This document shows positions 25,537-35,200 of a stretch of DNA of 43,410 nt, piece by piece (the stretch's first letter is position 1; each line of letters starts with the position of its first letter). Position numbers and translations under genes: made by a program. Source of the DNA: a virus (taxonomy: Duplodnaviria > Caudoviricetes); IMG/VR virus record IMGVR_UViG_3300025848_000064, positions 1 to 43,410 of that record, one strand, 5' to 3'. Below the pieces are notes generated by a model. It was not told the origin of the DNA and searched no databases. It saw only the letters and a program-made list of their open reading frames with translations.

Positions 25537-25572
25537 GCCCCGGTGGGGCCATAAACCCCATCGGGGCTTTCC
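25537..25572 (+). terminator. Post-capsid terminator (T-phi equivalent), short U tract
   Basis: GCCCCGGTGGGG / CCCCATCGGGGC stem then TTT; preceded by a second hairpin at 25483-25512. Confidence 0.75.
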
Positions 25573-26139
25573 ATGCCAACTGACACAACCCTCCTCCAGG
25601 CGGTCAACACGATGCTCTCGTGCATCGGCGAAGCCCCCGTCAACACGCTCGACAGCGGGGTACCGACCGACGCGGTCATCGCCCAGAGCATCCTTGACGA
25701 GACCAGCCGGGAGGTGCAGTCGCGGGGGTGGTGGTTCAACACCATGAAGGGCCTGAGCATGGTCCGCCAGGCCAGCGGCAAGATCGCCGTTCCGCCCAGC
25801 TACGTCACCATCGACCACGCGGAGATGGACATCGTCAAGCGCGGCGGGTTCGTCTACGACCTTGCCGAGAACACCGACGTCTTCGAGAAGGACATCGAGG
25901 ACGTCGAGGCGATCATCCTCCTGGACTTCACCGACATCCCCGAGCCGGTCCGGCGCTACGTCGTCATGCGGGCATCCCGTGCCTTCTTCGAGCGCATGGT
26001 CGGCGACGCGAACCGGGCAGCGATGCTCCAGTCCGAGGAGGCCCAGGCCTACCTCAGCCTGCTCCAGTACGACAGCGACCAGGCGGACATGAACATCTTC
26101 AACAACGACTTCGTCAACTACCAGAGGCGCCGCTTCTGA
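25573..26139 (+). CDS. Tail tubular protein A (gp11-like)
   Basis: LQAVNTMLSCIGEAPVNTL, REVQSRGWWFN, YVVMRASR. Confidence 0.93.
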   Translation: MPTDTTLLQAVNTMLSCIGEAPVNTLDSGVPTDAVIAQSILDETSREVQSRGWWFNTMKGLSMVRQASGKIAVPPSYVTIDHAEMDIVKRGGFVYDLAENTDVFEKDIEDVEAIILLDFTDIPEPVRRYVVMRASRAFFERMVGDANRAAMLQSEEAQAYLSLLQYDSDQADMNIFNNDFVNYQRRRF

Positions 26140-28538
26140 TGCTGGTGTCGATCCCTGTCCCGAACCTCATCCAGGGCGTCTCGCAGCAGCCGCCCCAGAT
26201 GCGGCTACCGAGCCAGGCATCCGAGCAGGTCAACGGCTACTCCTCCCCGACCGACGGCCTGACGAAGCGCCCACCGACCCAGTTCGTCGGCGTCCTTGAC
26301 AACGGCCCGACCGACAGCACTTCGCTCTACCACTTCATCGACCGGGACACATCCGAGAAGTACGTCATGTCCATCAGCGGCCCGACGCTGAAGGTATGGA
26401 CGCTCACCGGTGTCCCCGTGCCCGTCTACGGCGCCAACTGGAGCGACGCAGTCCCGGCTTCGTGGACGACATACATGAGCGGAGCAGACTCATCCAACAC
26501 CCGGATGATGTCCATCGCCGACACGACCTTCGTTGTCAACCGGAATGTGGCGGTGGAGGCGGACACCACGGCATCGGCTACCCGTGCCCAGGAAGCCCTC
26601 ATCACCGTCACGCAGGGCTCGTACAAGTGCACCTACACGATCTGGTTCTCGATCAACGGGGCCACCGAGACCAAGCTTGAGGTCAAGACCTGGGATGGAA
26701 AGACCGTCGAGGCCGGTGAGTACAACTCAATCAAGACCGACGACATCGCCCAACAGTTCTTCGGCATGTCCTGGGGCGGCTTCACCATCCAGCGGTTCGG
26801 CTCGACGCTGCATGTCAAGGTGACGACCGTCACCGACACCTTCACCATCCGCACCGCCGACTCCGGCGGCGACACGCTCCTGCTGGCCGCCAAGCGCACG
26901 GTCCCCCGCATCTCCGACCTTCCGCTCCAGGGCCCCAACGGCTTCAAGATCGCCGTCAACCCTGATCCTGAGAAGGAAGCAGGCGACTACTGGGTGGAGC
27001 TTGTCAAGGACACCCTGAGTGCCAACGGCTACTGGCGAGAGACGGTCGCCCCGAACACCCTGACGACCCTCAAGGCGTCAACGATGCCGTTCATCGTCCG
27101 CCGCAAGGTGGACACGACAAACGGCGTCTTCTTCTCGATTGAGCCCGGTCCCTGGGCGACCCGCGCCGTCGGCGACCTGACGACCAACCCGTGGCCGTCG
27201 TTCGTCGGCCAGAAGATCCAGGACTTCTTCTTCTACAAGAACCGCCTGAGCTTCCTGGCCTCCGACAAGGTCATCATGAGCGAGGCGGGGAACTACTACA
27301 ACTTCTTCCGAAGCGCCATCGCGGTCGTCCTCGACAGCGACCCCATCGACATCGGGACCCTGAACACCTCGGTCAGCACCCTCCGGGCGGCCATCCCGTA
27401 CAACGAGTCGGTCATCATCTTCTCCGACCAGGCGCAGTTCGTCCTCCGCACCGCCAACGACGAGCCCCTGACGTCGGCGACCGCCATGAGCGTCAAGACG
27501 ACCGAGTTCTCCTCGGCGTCGGCCCTGTGCAGGCCCGTGTCCACCGGCCGCTCGATCCTGTTCATGCAGGCCGATGCCCGGTACGCGGGTATGCGCGAGT
27601 ACTCGGCCATGTCAACCTCCGGCGACAGCTACGACGCCGTGGACCTGACCAGCCATGTCAATGCCTACATCGTCGGCAGCCCGCAGAGCCTGACCGTGAG
27701 CTCCTACGACAACCTCGCGGTTGTCGCCACCTCCGAGACCACGAACCCGACCGGCGGCGGCATCCCGAGCCTGTGGAACTACAAGTGGCTCCTGAACGGC
27801 AACGAGAAGATCCAGAGCGCCTGGAGCCGCTGGACCTTCCCGGGATGCACCCGGATCGTCGGCATGGAGTGGTTCAACAAGCGCCTGTACATGGTGGTCA
27901 TCCGGAACTCCCAGGCCTACCTGGAGTTCATGGACTTCGAGATCCGAGTCCCAGACCCGGCGAACTTCCTCCCGCACATCGACTGCCTCGTCAAGGTGCC
28001 TTCGGCTACCTGGGACGGGTCCTCGTCGGTGGTCCAGACCTCCGTCGGTGCCGAGGTAGCCAACTTCCAGAACCTCCCCGCGGTAGCGGTGCTCGACGGC
28101 AAGAAGGTTGACATCCTTTCTAAGACCTCCAGCACCGTCACCATCGCCGGTAACGCCACGGCTCTGCCCGCCTACGTCGGCATCCCGTACACGCTCGAAT
28201 ACACCTTCAGCCCCGTCTACCTCCGGCAGCAGAACGTGCCGGTTCTTGACGGCCGCCTGACGCTGACCTACGGCACCGTGTCGTTCTCCGACACCGGCTA
28301 CTTCAAGGTTGGCATCTCGACGAGATACCGCACCCCGTACTCCTACGAGTACTTCGGCGGGTCGTTCGACGCTAGCTACCTGACGGACGGCGTCAACCTG
28401 GAGCGCGGAACATTCCGCTACCCGATCCACGCCCGCAACGAGGACGCGACGATCACGCTGTCCAACGACACGCACTTCCCCGTCCGCCTCAACTCAGCGA
28501 GCTTCGAGGCCCAGTTCGTCACGAGGTCACGGGTATGA
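26139..28538 (+). CDS. Tail tubular protein B / nozzle (gp12-like)
   Basis: IPVPNLIQGVSQQP, GLTKRPPT, PSFVG, FFYKNRL, QSAWSRW; true start ATG 26139. Confidence 0.95.
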   Translation: MLVSIPVPNLIQGVSQQPPQMRLPSQASEQVNGYSSPTDGLTKRPPTQFVGVLDNGPTDSTSLYHFIDRDTSEKYVMSISGPTLKVWTLTGVPVPVYGANWSDAVPASWTTYMSGADSSNTRMMSIADTTFVVNRNVAVEADTTASATRAQEALITVTQGSYKCTYTIWFSINGATETKLEVKTWDGKTVEAGEYNSIKTDDIAQQFFGMSWGGFTIQRFGSTLHVKVTTVTDTFTIRTADSGGDTLLLAAKRTVPRISDLPLQGPNGFKIAVNPDPEKEAGDYWVELVKDTLSANGYWRETVAPNTLTTLKASTMPFIVRRKVDTTNGVFFSIEPGPWATRAVGDLTTNPWPSFVGQKIQDFFFYKNRLSFLASDKVIMSEAGNYYNFFRSAIAVVLDSDPIDIGTLNTSVSTLRAAIPYNESVIIFSDQAQFVLRTANDEPLTSATAMSVKTTEFSSASALCRPVSTGRSILFMQADARYAGMREYSAMSTSGDSYDAVDLTSHVNAYIVGSPQSLTVSSYDNLAVVATSETTNPTGGGIPSLWNYKWLLNGNEKIQSAWSRWTFPGCTRIVGMEWFNKRLYMVVIRNSQAYLEFMDFEIRVPDPANFLPHIDCLVKVPSATWDGSSSVVQTSVGAEVANFQNLPAVAVLDGKKVDILSKTSSTVTIAGNATALPAYVGIPYTLEYTFSPVYLRQQNVPVLDGRLTLTYGTVSFSDTGYFKVGISTRYRTPYSYEYFGGSFDASYLTDGVNLERGTFRYPIHARNEDATITLSNDTHFPVRLNSASFEAQFVTRSRV

Positions 28539-28987
28539 GCCACGTTCGCCCGTCCATCGAGACGGACGTCCGCTACATCGCCGACAGGATTCGCCAGGCC
28601 GACCTCGACGAGCTCGATCTATGGGATGTCCTCCCGACCGAAGCCCTGACTTCGGGATACCGCAACAGCCTCCAGCCCATGACGATCATCAGCGACTCCA
28701 TGCCGTGCGCGATGTTCGGGGTGACCGAGCCGTTGCCTGGTTCCGGCTTCGGGATCGTGTGGCTCCTCGGGACGGACACCCTCTTCTCGGCAAAGGTCCC
28801 GTTCCTGCGCCAGAGCTACCTCTGGCTTCATCACTGCTGCCGCCCGTTCTCCGCCGTCGGGAACTGGGTCGATTCCAGAAACACCAAGCACCTGCGCTGG
28901 CTTCGCTGGCTCGGCTTCGAGGTCACGCAGGAGATCACAGTCAAGAACGTCCCCGTCCTCTTCCACCACCTGAAGGTCAAAGACTAA
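28535..28987 (+). CDS. gp13-like protein (acetyltransferase-like fold)
   Basis: IRQADLDE, AMFGV, VWLLGT, NTKHLRWLRWLGF; synteny. Confidence 0.8.
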   Translation: MSHVRPSIETDVRYIADRIRQADLDELDLWDVLPTEALTSGYRNSLQPMTIISDSMPCAMFGVTEPLPGSGFGIVWLLGTDTLFSAKVPFLRQSYLWLHHCCRPFSAVGNWVDSRNTKHLRWLRWLGFEVTQEITVKNVPVLFHHLKVKD

Positions 28988-29689
28988 ATGTGCCCCCCAC
29001 TCCTTGCCGCGATCCCGTTCGCTTCGACGATCGGGACGGCGCTCGGAACCAGCGCGGCCGCCGGTGGCCTGCTCATCGCCGGTACGGCCATGTCAGGCGC
29101 GGCCGCAGGCCTGTCCTACATGGGACAGAAGCAGGCCGTTGACCAGCAGAACGCATTCCAGAAGTACCAGTACGAGGAGACGCAGCGGCTTGCCAACGCC
29201 AACCTCCTCCAGCAGTACCGCCAGATCGGCCTGCGCCAGCAGGAGGAACGCGCCGCCTTCGCCCAGCAGATCCAGCAGATCGAGATGGAGGGCAGGCAGG
29301 CGATGGGGCAGGCGGCCGTCCAGCAGGGCCAGAGCGGCATCTACGGCAACTCCTACGACATCCTGCTGATGGACTTCCGCAGGCAGCAGATCGAGGCGGT
29401 CGGCAACGCCGAGCTCAACTACGCCATGCGGGACCGGCAGATGAACCTTGAGGCCCAGGGCTTCCGCAGCCAGGCCGAGGCGCAGGTCATCCGGGCCATG
29501 CCGCAGTACCAGGCCAGCCCGTCGATCATCTCGCCGATCCTCCAGACCTTCGGCTCGGGTCTCGGGATGGCGGCCAACTTCGCCGGTCCCGGCTTCTTTG
29601 CGCCTGAAGCAGCGCAGGCCTCTCGCCAGTACTCGAACCCGTACTTCGGTGGGCGGTTCGGTCGCAACTTCAACTGGGGCACAACCTGA
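28988..29689 (+). CDS. Internal virion protein (gp14-like)
   Basis: MC start, Ala/Gly hydrophobic N-terminus, Gln-rich coil, SGIYGNS; synteny. Confidence 0.75.
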   Translation: MCPPLLAAIPFASTIGTALGTSAAAGGLLIAGTAMSGAAAGLSYMGQKQAVDQQNAFQKYQYEETQRLANANLLQQYRQIGLRQQEERAAFAQQIQQIEMEGRQAMGQAAVQQGQSGIYGNSYDILLMDFRRQQIEAVGNAELNYAMRDRQMNLEAQGFRSQAEAQVIRAMPQYQASPSIISPILQTFGSGLGMAANFAGPGFFAPEAAQASRQYSNPYFGGRFGRNFNWGTT

Positions 29690-32211
29690 TGCGATCGCGC
29701 TACGCAACCGGCGACAACATCCCGCAGGTCGCCCTTCAGCCGTCGGCCAGCCCGATCAGCCTGAACGTGCTTCCGGCGGCCGGGCAGCCGATCCGCGGAG
29801 CCAACGACCTCATCCAGATCGCCGAGGCACTGGCCCCCTTCAACCAGGGCCTCCTGGCGTTCGGCAAGCGGGCCGTGGATGCGGAGAACGAGCGGGCCGC
29901 AATCGCCGGGTCCACGCTCGACTTCGGCCAGGTGCAGGCGCAGAACGTGCCAATCGAGCAGCGGGCGGCAGAGCTGAACCGGCAGTTCAAGTCGGTCATC
30001 GAGAAGTCAGGAGTCTCGGACGCCGCCAACCCGTTCTTCCAGATCGCGGCCCGCCAGAACTTCGGCCGCAAGCTCGCCTTCGACTACCGGGCGGCGATGT
30101 ACGCCAAGCGAGAGCAGGTGACGGATCCCGACAACCCGCTCTCCTACCAGGAGGCTTCCGCCCAGGTTGCCCAGGAGGTCCTCGGGGAAGCCCTCGTCGG
30201 CGACTTCTACGGCTTTGCCGGGTTCCGCGAGGTCGCCCAGAGGGTGGACGCGGAGCTCATGAACGAGTTCGCGGTCGAGTCGGTCCGCCGCAAGGAGTCC
30301 AAGGGCACCCTGTTCGCCAAGCAGGCCCTCACGGCCGCGGTGGTGCAGGGCGACGTCGAGACGGCCAACAGGTCGTGGGCCGACTTCCAGACCAAGGTCA
30401 CCGACCCCGTCAAGGTCCGAGCCGCCTTCATGGGCTCGGCCAAGGACATCCTGATGTCGGCACCGGACCTGGAGCAACTGACTAGCAGACTGGACAGTTT
30501 GCGGTCCATCCAGTACGGCAACCAGTCCGTGAGCGACAACATGGACCTCGTGACCGAGCTCGTGCAGCTCGAAGACCAGGCCAGGAAGACGATCGTCGCC
30601 AAGATCGACCAGGAGAACAGGGTCGGCGAGATGGCCTTCGACAACGCCAAGCGGGCGATGTTCGGCCAGGGATTCGTCTCCGAGGCGTACCGCCACATCC
30701 AGACCCAGGGCGCAGAGATCGCCGGTGGCAGCCTTGCAGACTGGGCATCCGTCTACGTCGATGACCTGGCCCAGAAGAACGGGTTCAGCGACTCGGTGAG
30801 GGAACGCCTGAAGGAGTTCGCCATCGAGCGAGTCCAGGCACTCTCTGCAAGGACGGATGCCATGTCAGCGGCCCGGTCGAAGGACGCGCTGAGGGAGGTC
30901 TACCGGGGCATCTACGACGGATCGCTCCCCTCCGAGGAGGCGGTGTTTGCTCGTGGCCTGGAGCTCGGCGTCAGTCCAGACGACCTCATCGCAGCCGTGG
31001 AGCTCCGAGCCCGCCGTGGCGGTGCCGTGCAGACAGCCATTGAGCGAACCCTGGAAGAGACCATCGGGCAGAACGCCGGGCTCCTCAGCTCCCACATGAA
31101 CGCCAACGGCCTGTCGCCGTTCGGTCTTGACGGACGGCCCACCGCTTCTGGAGCACTGGAGTCCAACCGCCACGCCATGCGGATCCAGGCGAACCTCATG
31201 CTGGAGGCCAACCGGTTCACCGCAGACGAGGTTCCCGACAAGCAGGGCAAGCTCTTCTCCGAGTATGCGAAGGAAGGCCAGCAGCAGGCCGCTGCTGCCG
31301 TGCGCCGCTTCATGGCCGACCGCAACGCCGAGCTTGTCCAAGGCGTCATGGACGAGTCAGACCAGGCGGTCACCGCCGGGAAGATCAGTATGCGCGGGTC
31401 GTTCACGAAGCCGGAAGAAGACAAGGCGGCCATCAACTGGAAATCCTGGCAGGACCTCGGCAACCTCGTCTCAGAGGTGTCCAGGGGAACCGTCAGCGTC
31501 TCCGACAGGTCGGTCCCCCCGCAGATGGAGCAAATCTTCCGCGACCGGATGGACCAGCTTGCCAAGGACTACGACATCGGCTTCCTCTCGGGTACCCGAG
31601 GAAGCGTCGAGCAGCTCCGCGTCGCCGTGGCCGAGCGCCTGTTCACGGCCATGAAGGACGGCGGCGACATCGAGACGAAGGACCGGGACATCATCGGCGG
31701 CATCTCTGCCGCAGCCGCTTTCATCATTCCAGCAGCGACCGACTTCTCTGTCGGAGCCGATCTGCCGAGAGCCGCCTACTCCTACTGGAGCACGTTCAAG
31801 AACGTGGACCAGATCCGGGAGGACTACGCCAACGTCATGCGCCTCGGCGGCCTGACCCTCGACCACATCTTGCAAGACCGTGACCAGGAGGGCCTGCCGG
31901 TGTTCGGGCTCACCCTCCCCAAGACCAAGCAGGAGGCCATGAAGGCCGCCTTCGCCATCCCGATGGTCCAGTCACTCGACGAGCTGCGCGACTACGGCAA
32001 GGTCTCGGCGGTCCTCAAGCGCCTTGGGCTCACCGACAACGAGATGCCGCAGTTCATCCAGGCCCAGCGGATCCTCTTCGAGATCCGCCGCGTCGGCAAG
32101 CGGTTCGAGGTGCCCGCATCCGTGTCGTACACGACCCCCGAGCAGCTTGAACAGGCCAAGAGCGCCTACTTCCAGAGCCTCGAATCAGCCAAGCAGAAGA
32201 TCGGTCAATGA
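29689..32211 (+). CDS. Internal virion protein (gp15-like)
   Basis: 840-aa helical protein, QIAEALAPFN, ANPFF; synteny. Confidence 0.7.
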   Translation: MRSRYATGDNIPQVALQPSASPISLNVLPAAGQPIRGANDLIQIAEALAPFNQGLLAFGKRAVDAENERAAIAGSTLDFGQVQAQNVPIEQRAAELNRQFKSVIEKSGVSDAANPFFQIAARQNFGRKLAFDYRAAMYAKREQVTDPDNPLSYQEASAQVAQEVLGEALVGDFYGFAGFREVAQRVDAELMNEFAVESVRRKESKGTLFAKQALTAAVVQGDVETANRSWADFQTKVTDPVKVRAAFMGSAKDILMSAPDLEQLTSRLDSLRSIQYGNQSVSDNMDLVTELVQLEDQARKTIVAKIDQENRVGEMAFDNAKRAMFGQGFVSEAYRHIQTQGAEIAGGSLADWASVYVDDLAQKNGFSDSVRERLKEFAIERVQALSARTDAMSAARSKDALREVYRGIYDGSLPSEEAVFARGLELGVSPDDLIAAVELRARRGGAVQTAIERTLEETIGQNAGLLSSHMNANGLSPFGLDGRPTASGALESNRHAMRIQANLMLEANRFTADEVPDKQGKLFSEYAKEGQQQAAAAVRRFMADRNAELVQGVMDESDQAVTAGKISMRGSFTKPEEDKAAINWKSWQDLGNLVSEVSRGTVSVSDRSVPPQMEQIFRDRMDQLAKDYDIGFLSGTRGSVEQLRVAVAERLFTAMKDGGDIETKDRDIIGGISAAAAFIIPAATDFSVGADLPRAAYSYWSTFKNVDQIREDYANVMRLGGLTLDHILQDRDQEGLPVFGLTLPKTKQEAMKAAFAIPMVQSLDELRDYGKVSAVLKRLGLTDNEMPQFIQAQRILFEIRRVGKRFEVPASVSYTTPEQLEQAKSAYFQSLESAKQKIGQ

Positions 32212-35200
32212 GCCAATTCCAGAACCCACTCACGACTCTCGGCCAGGACGCGGAGATCAAGTCCCCGGAGCTTTCCGGCGGACCAATCGTTGACGCAGGG
32301 CAGCCTGCGCCACAAGGCGAAATGCCGATCTGGGACACCACCGATGCCCTGATGGCTGCGCCCCGTGGCCTGGTCGGGGCGGCCCAGGGGATCTACAACA
32401 CGATCGACTGGGTCGGTTTCGACGTCCTCCCTGACTGGAAGACCAACCCGCTCGGGGAGTCCCGAAGCATCGCCGGTGGCCTGCTTGAGGGGCTCGTCGA
32501 GTTCGGCTCGATCCTGATCCCCGGCATGGGTGCGGCGTCCGGCGTCGGCGCAGTGGCAAAGGCAGGCCGTCTTGGCAAGGCCGCGTCAAAGGGCCTCGGC
32601 TGGCTTGCCAAGGCTCCCGCCAGCGCCTCGGCTGGCGCCAAGGTCGCCAACGAGATCGCCCGCGCAACCGCCGTTGGCGCAGTCGCCGACTTCACGCTCA
32701 CCACCCCAGGCCAGCAGCGCCTCAGCAACCTCGCGCTCCAGTTCGAGTCTCCCTGGCTCAACAACGACGTCACCAAGTTCCTTGCCTCCGGCGAGGGCGA
32801 GGGCGAGCTTGAGGCCCGCCTGAAGGGTGCCGTCGAGGGAATGCTCCTGGGCGTCCCCGTTGACTTCGTCGTCGAGGGCGTGATGCACGGCATCAAGGCC
32901 GTCCGCCACGGACGCATGGCAGGCGAAGCCGCAGCCCGTTCCGGTGCCTCCCCGGAGGAGGCCATCGACGTCGCCGCCCGTGCCGAGGCCGAGTACGCAG
33001 CACAGCACCGGGACGCGATCGAGAGGGCCGCGTCTGCCTACTCAAGACCCGACGAAGGCGTGGCGGCGATGGCGGCGGACGGCCGCTCGTCTGGCGCGGC
33101 TGAGAAGTTCCCAGTGATCGAGAACGGCGCGATGGACCGGCCGCTTGAGCAGGCCCCGTCGATGCTTGCCAGGATCCAGAAGGTCATTGACGCGGAAACG
33201 CAAGGCGGGCCGCCGAGCCTCAGTCAGGTCGCCTCTTCCGGAGACGGGCTTGCCGAGAGCCTGCGGTGGGTGGCTATAGATGCGTGGAAGAAGACACGAA
33301 GACATGACGACGTCCTCGACGCCATCAACACCTGGAAGAACGACAACGGGTTCGACAGCACCAGGGACCTACAGCGGGCGTCCAAGCCAGCATCGAAGCT
33401 GTTTGCGGAGGCCCAGAGCACCGAGTTCGCCGGGAAGTTCTCCACCGATATCAAGGCCGAGGTGGCTGCGGAGCGGGCGAAGATCGTCGGGGAGCTCTCC
33501 GACATGGTCGCCAACCCGCGCAAGTACACCGTCAGGTCGGCGTCGCAGGCTCTCCAGCCGCTGCTTCTTGAGGGCGAGAGCATGGACAAGATCCTCGCAG
33601 AAGCCGGTGTCCGGAAGTCAGTCTTCGGAATCACCACCGGAGGATCGCTGAAGGAAACCCTTGAGAGCACCATCTCGCTTCCCGAGATGCAGTCTCAGCC
33701 GGGGCTCAAGGCGCTTGGCGAGTTCCTGCTCAAGCAGGCCGACAGCGAGTCGCTCCAGGACTCAAGGACTCTTGCCGGAGGCGAAAGCAGCATCTTCCTA
33801 GGCGAGTACTTCAGCGCGGAGCGGCTAGTCACGCTGTTCCAGAGCATCAAGAATCCGGAGCAGGCTGCCCGCGTCGTCCTACACGAGGCGGTCCACGCCA
33901 CCGTCCTGCGGAAGATCAACCTGTCGGTCAGGGACGCCGTCGGCAACAAGACCGGGGCATTCTTCGACTACGAGAACTTCAGCGGGCAGGGCGCGGCCCT
34001 CACGAACAAGACCGGGGCTGCCGCCTCCGAGATGAGGCAGATCATCTCGAAGATCAAGGACAAGGACGTAAAGCAGCTCTTCGAGCTGTACGACCATGTC
34101 ATGAAGAACATCCCGGAGGAATGGAAGAACAAGAGGCTCTTCCAGACCTGGATGCCTAACGACGCGCATTACGGGCTCACGAACATCCAGGAGTTCATCG
34201 CGGAAGCGATGACCAACGGGAAGTTCCAGCGGATGCTCGCCGACATGAAGCTTCCGGACAACCGGAGCCTCTGGCAGGCATTCCTCGATGCGCTCTCCAA
34301 GATCCTCGGGACCGACAAGCTGTTTGGCGCCCTTGCGTCGGATGCTGGCGTCTCCGGATCAGACAACGTCCTGGCGTCGGTCATTGACACCGGCGGCAAG
34401 ATCATCAGCCGAAGCGAGGCAGAGTTCAAGGGGAGAAACCCGCCGTCTCTTGTACCGGACGCCTCCCGTGCATTCAGCCTCCCTGACCCGTCCAAGGCAG
34501 GCAGCGGCAACCCCCGCGCCAGCTCCATGCCGGTGCCTAACTCTCCGCGGCCCGACCCGATCGCTCCGCTGCGCCAGCAGATCGAGGAGATCGTCAAGCG
34601 CGTCCGCGGCAACCCGACCGGCTGGACCCCAGGCGACCTCCAGGAACTCAACCGCCTGGTCGCCGAGACCACCGACAGCGGCCTGTTCAACACGGGCTTC
34701 GGGGCCAAGAACGGGAACGTCCAGGGCGAGTTCATCCTGGCCTTCGCCGAGATGGTCTCCGAGAACAAGGTCCTGTACGAGGGCATCAAGCGCGTCCGCT
34801 CCAACGCCGAGACCGCGGCCGACCGCGACAGCTTCCTCAGCGTGATGGAGTCGATCGGCGGCTTCACCCCCGAGCAGAAGATCAAGTTCGCCCAGACCAT
34901 CTCCGACTGGCACGGTCCGATGTTCGAGGACGGCGCGGCGGTCGTCTCCGCGATGGTCGGGGCGCAGATGAACAAGTACCTCGACGCCATCAAGCAGGGC
35001 GCCTCCCAGGGCGAGCGCGAAGCCCTCTACAACGTCCTTGTCACGATGGCCGCGGCGGACCGCAAGAACGCCAACATCATCGGCCGCGCCCTCCAGAACC
35101 GGAAGATGATGTGGAAGGAGGAGCTGGCCGCCCGCATCTCCCAGCTCACCCCGCAGCAGGTCAGCCAGCAGCTCCAGTTCATGCAGGGCATGGTCGAGAT

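Noticed and set aside
25728-26138. N-terminal extension of tail tubular protein B in the ORF track (similarly 17244-17444 for PolA and 23349-23636)
   Set aside because: Overlaps the upstream gene in another frame; real starts are at TGATG couplings
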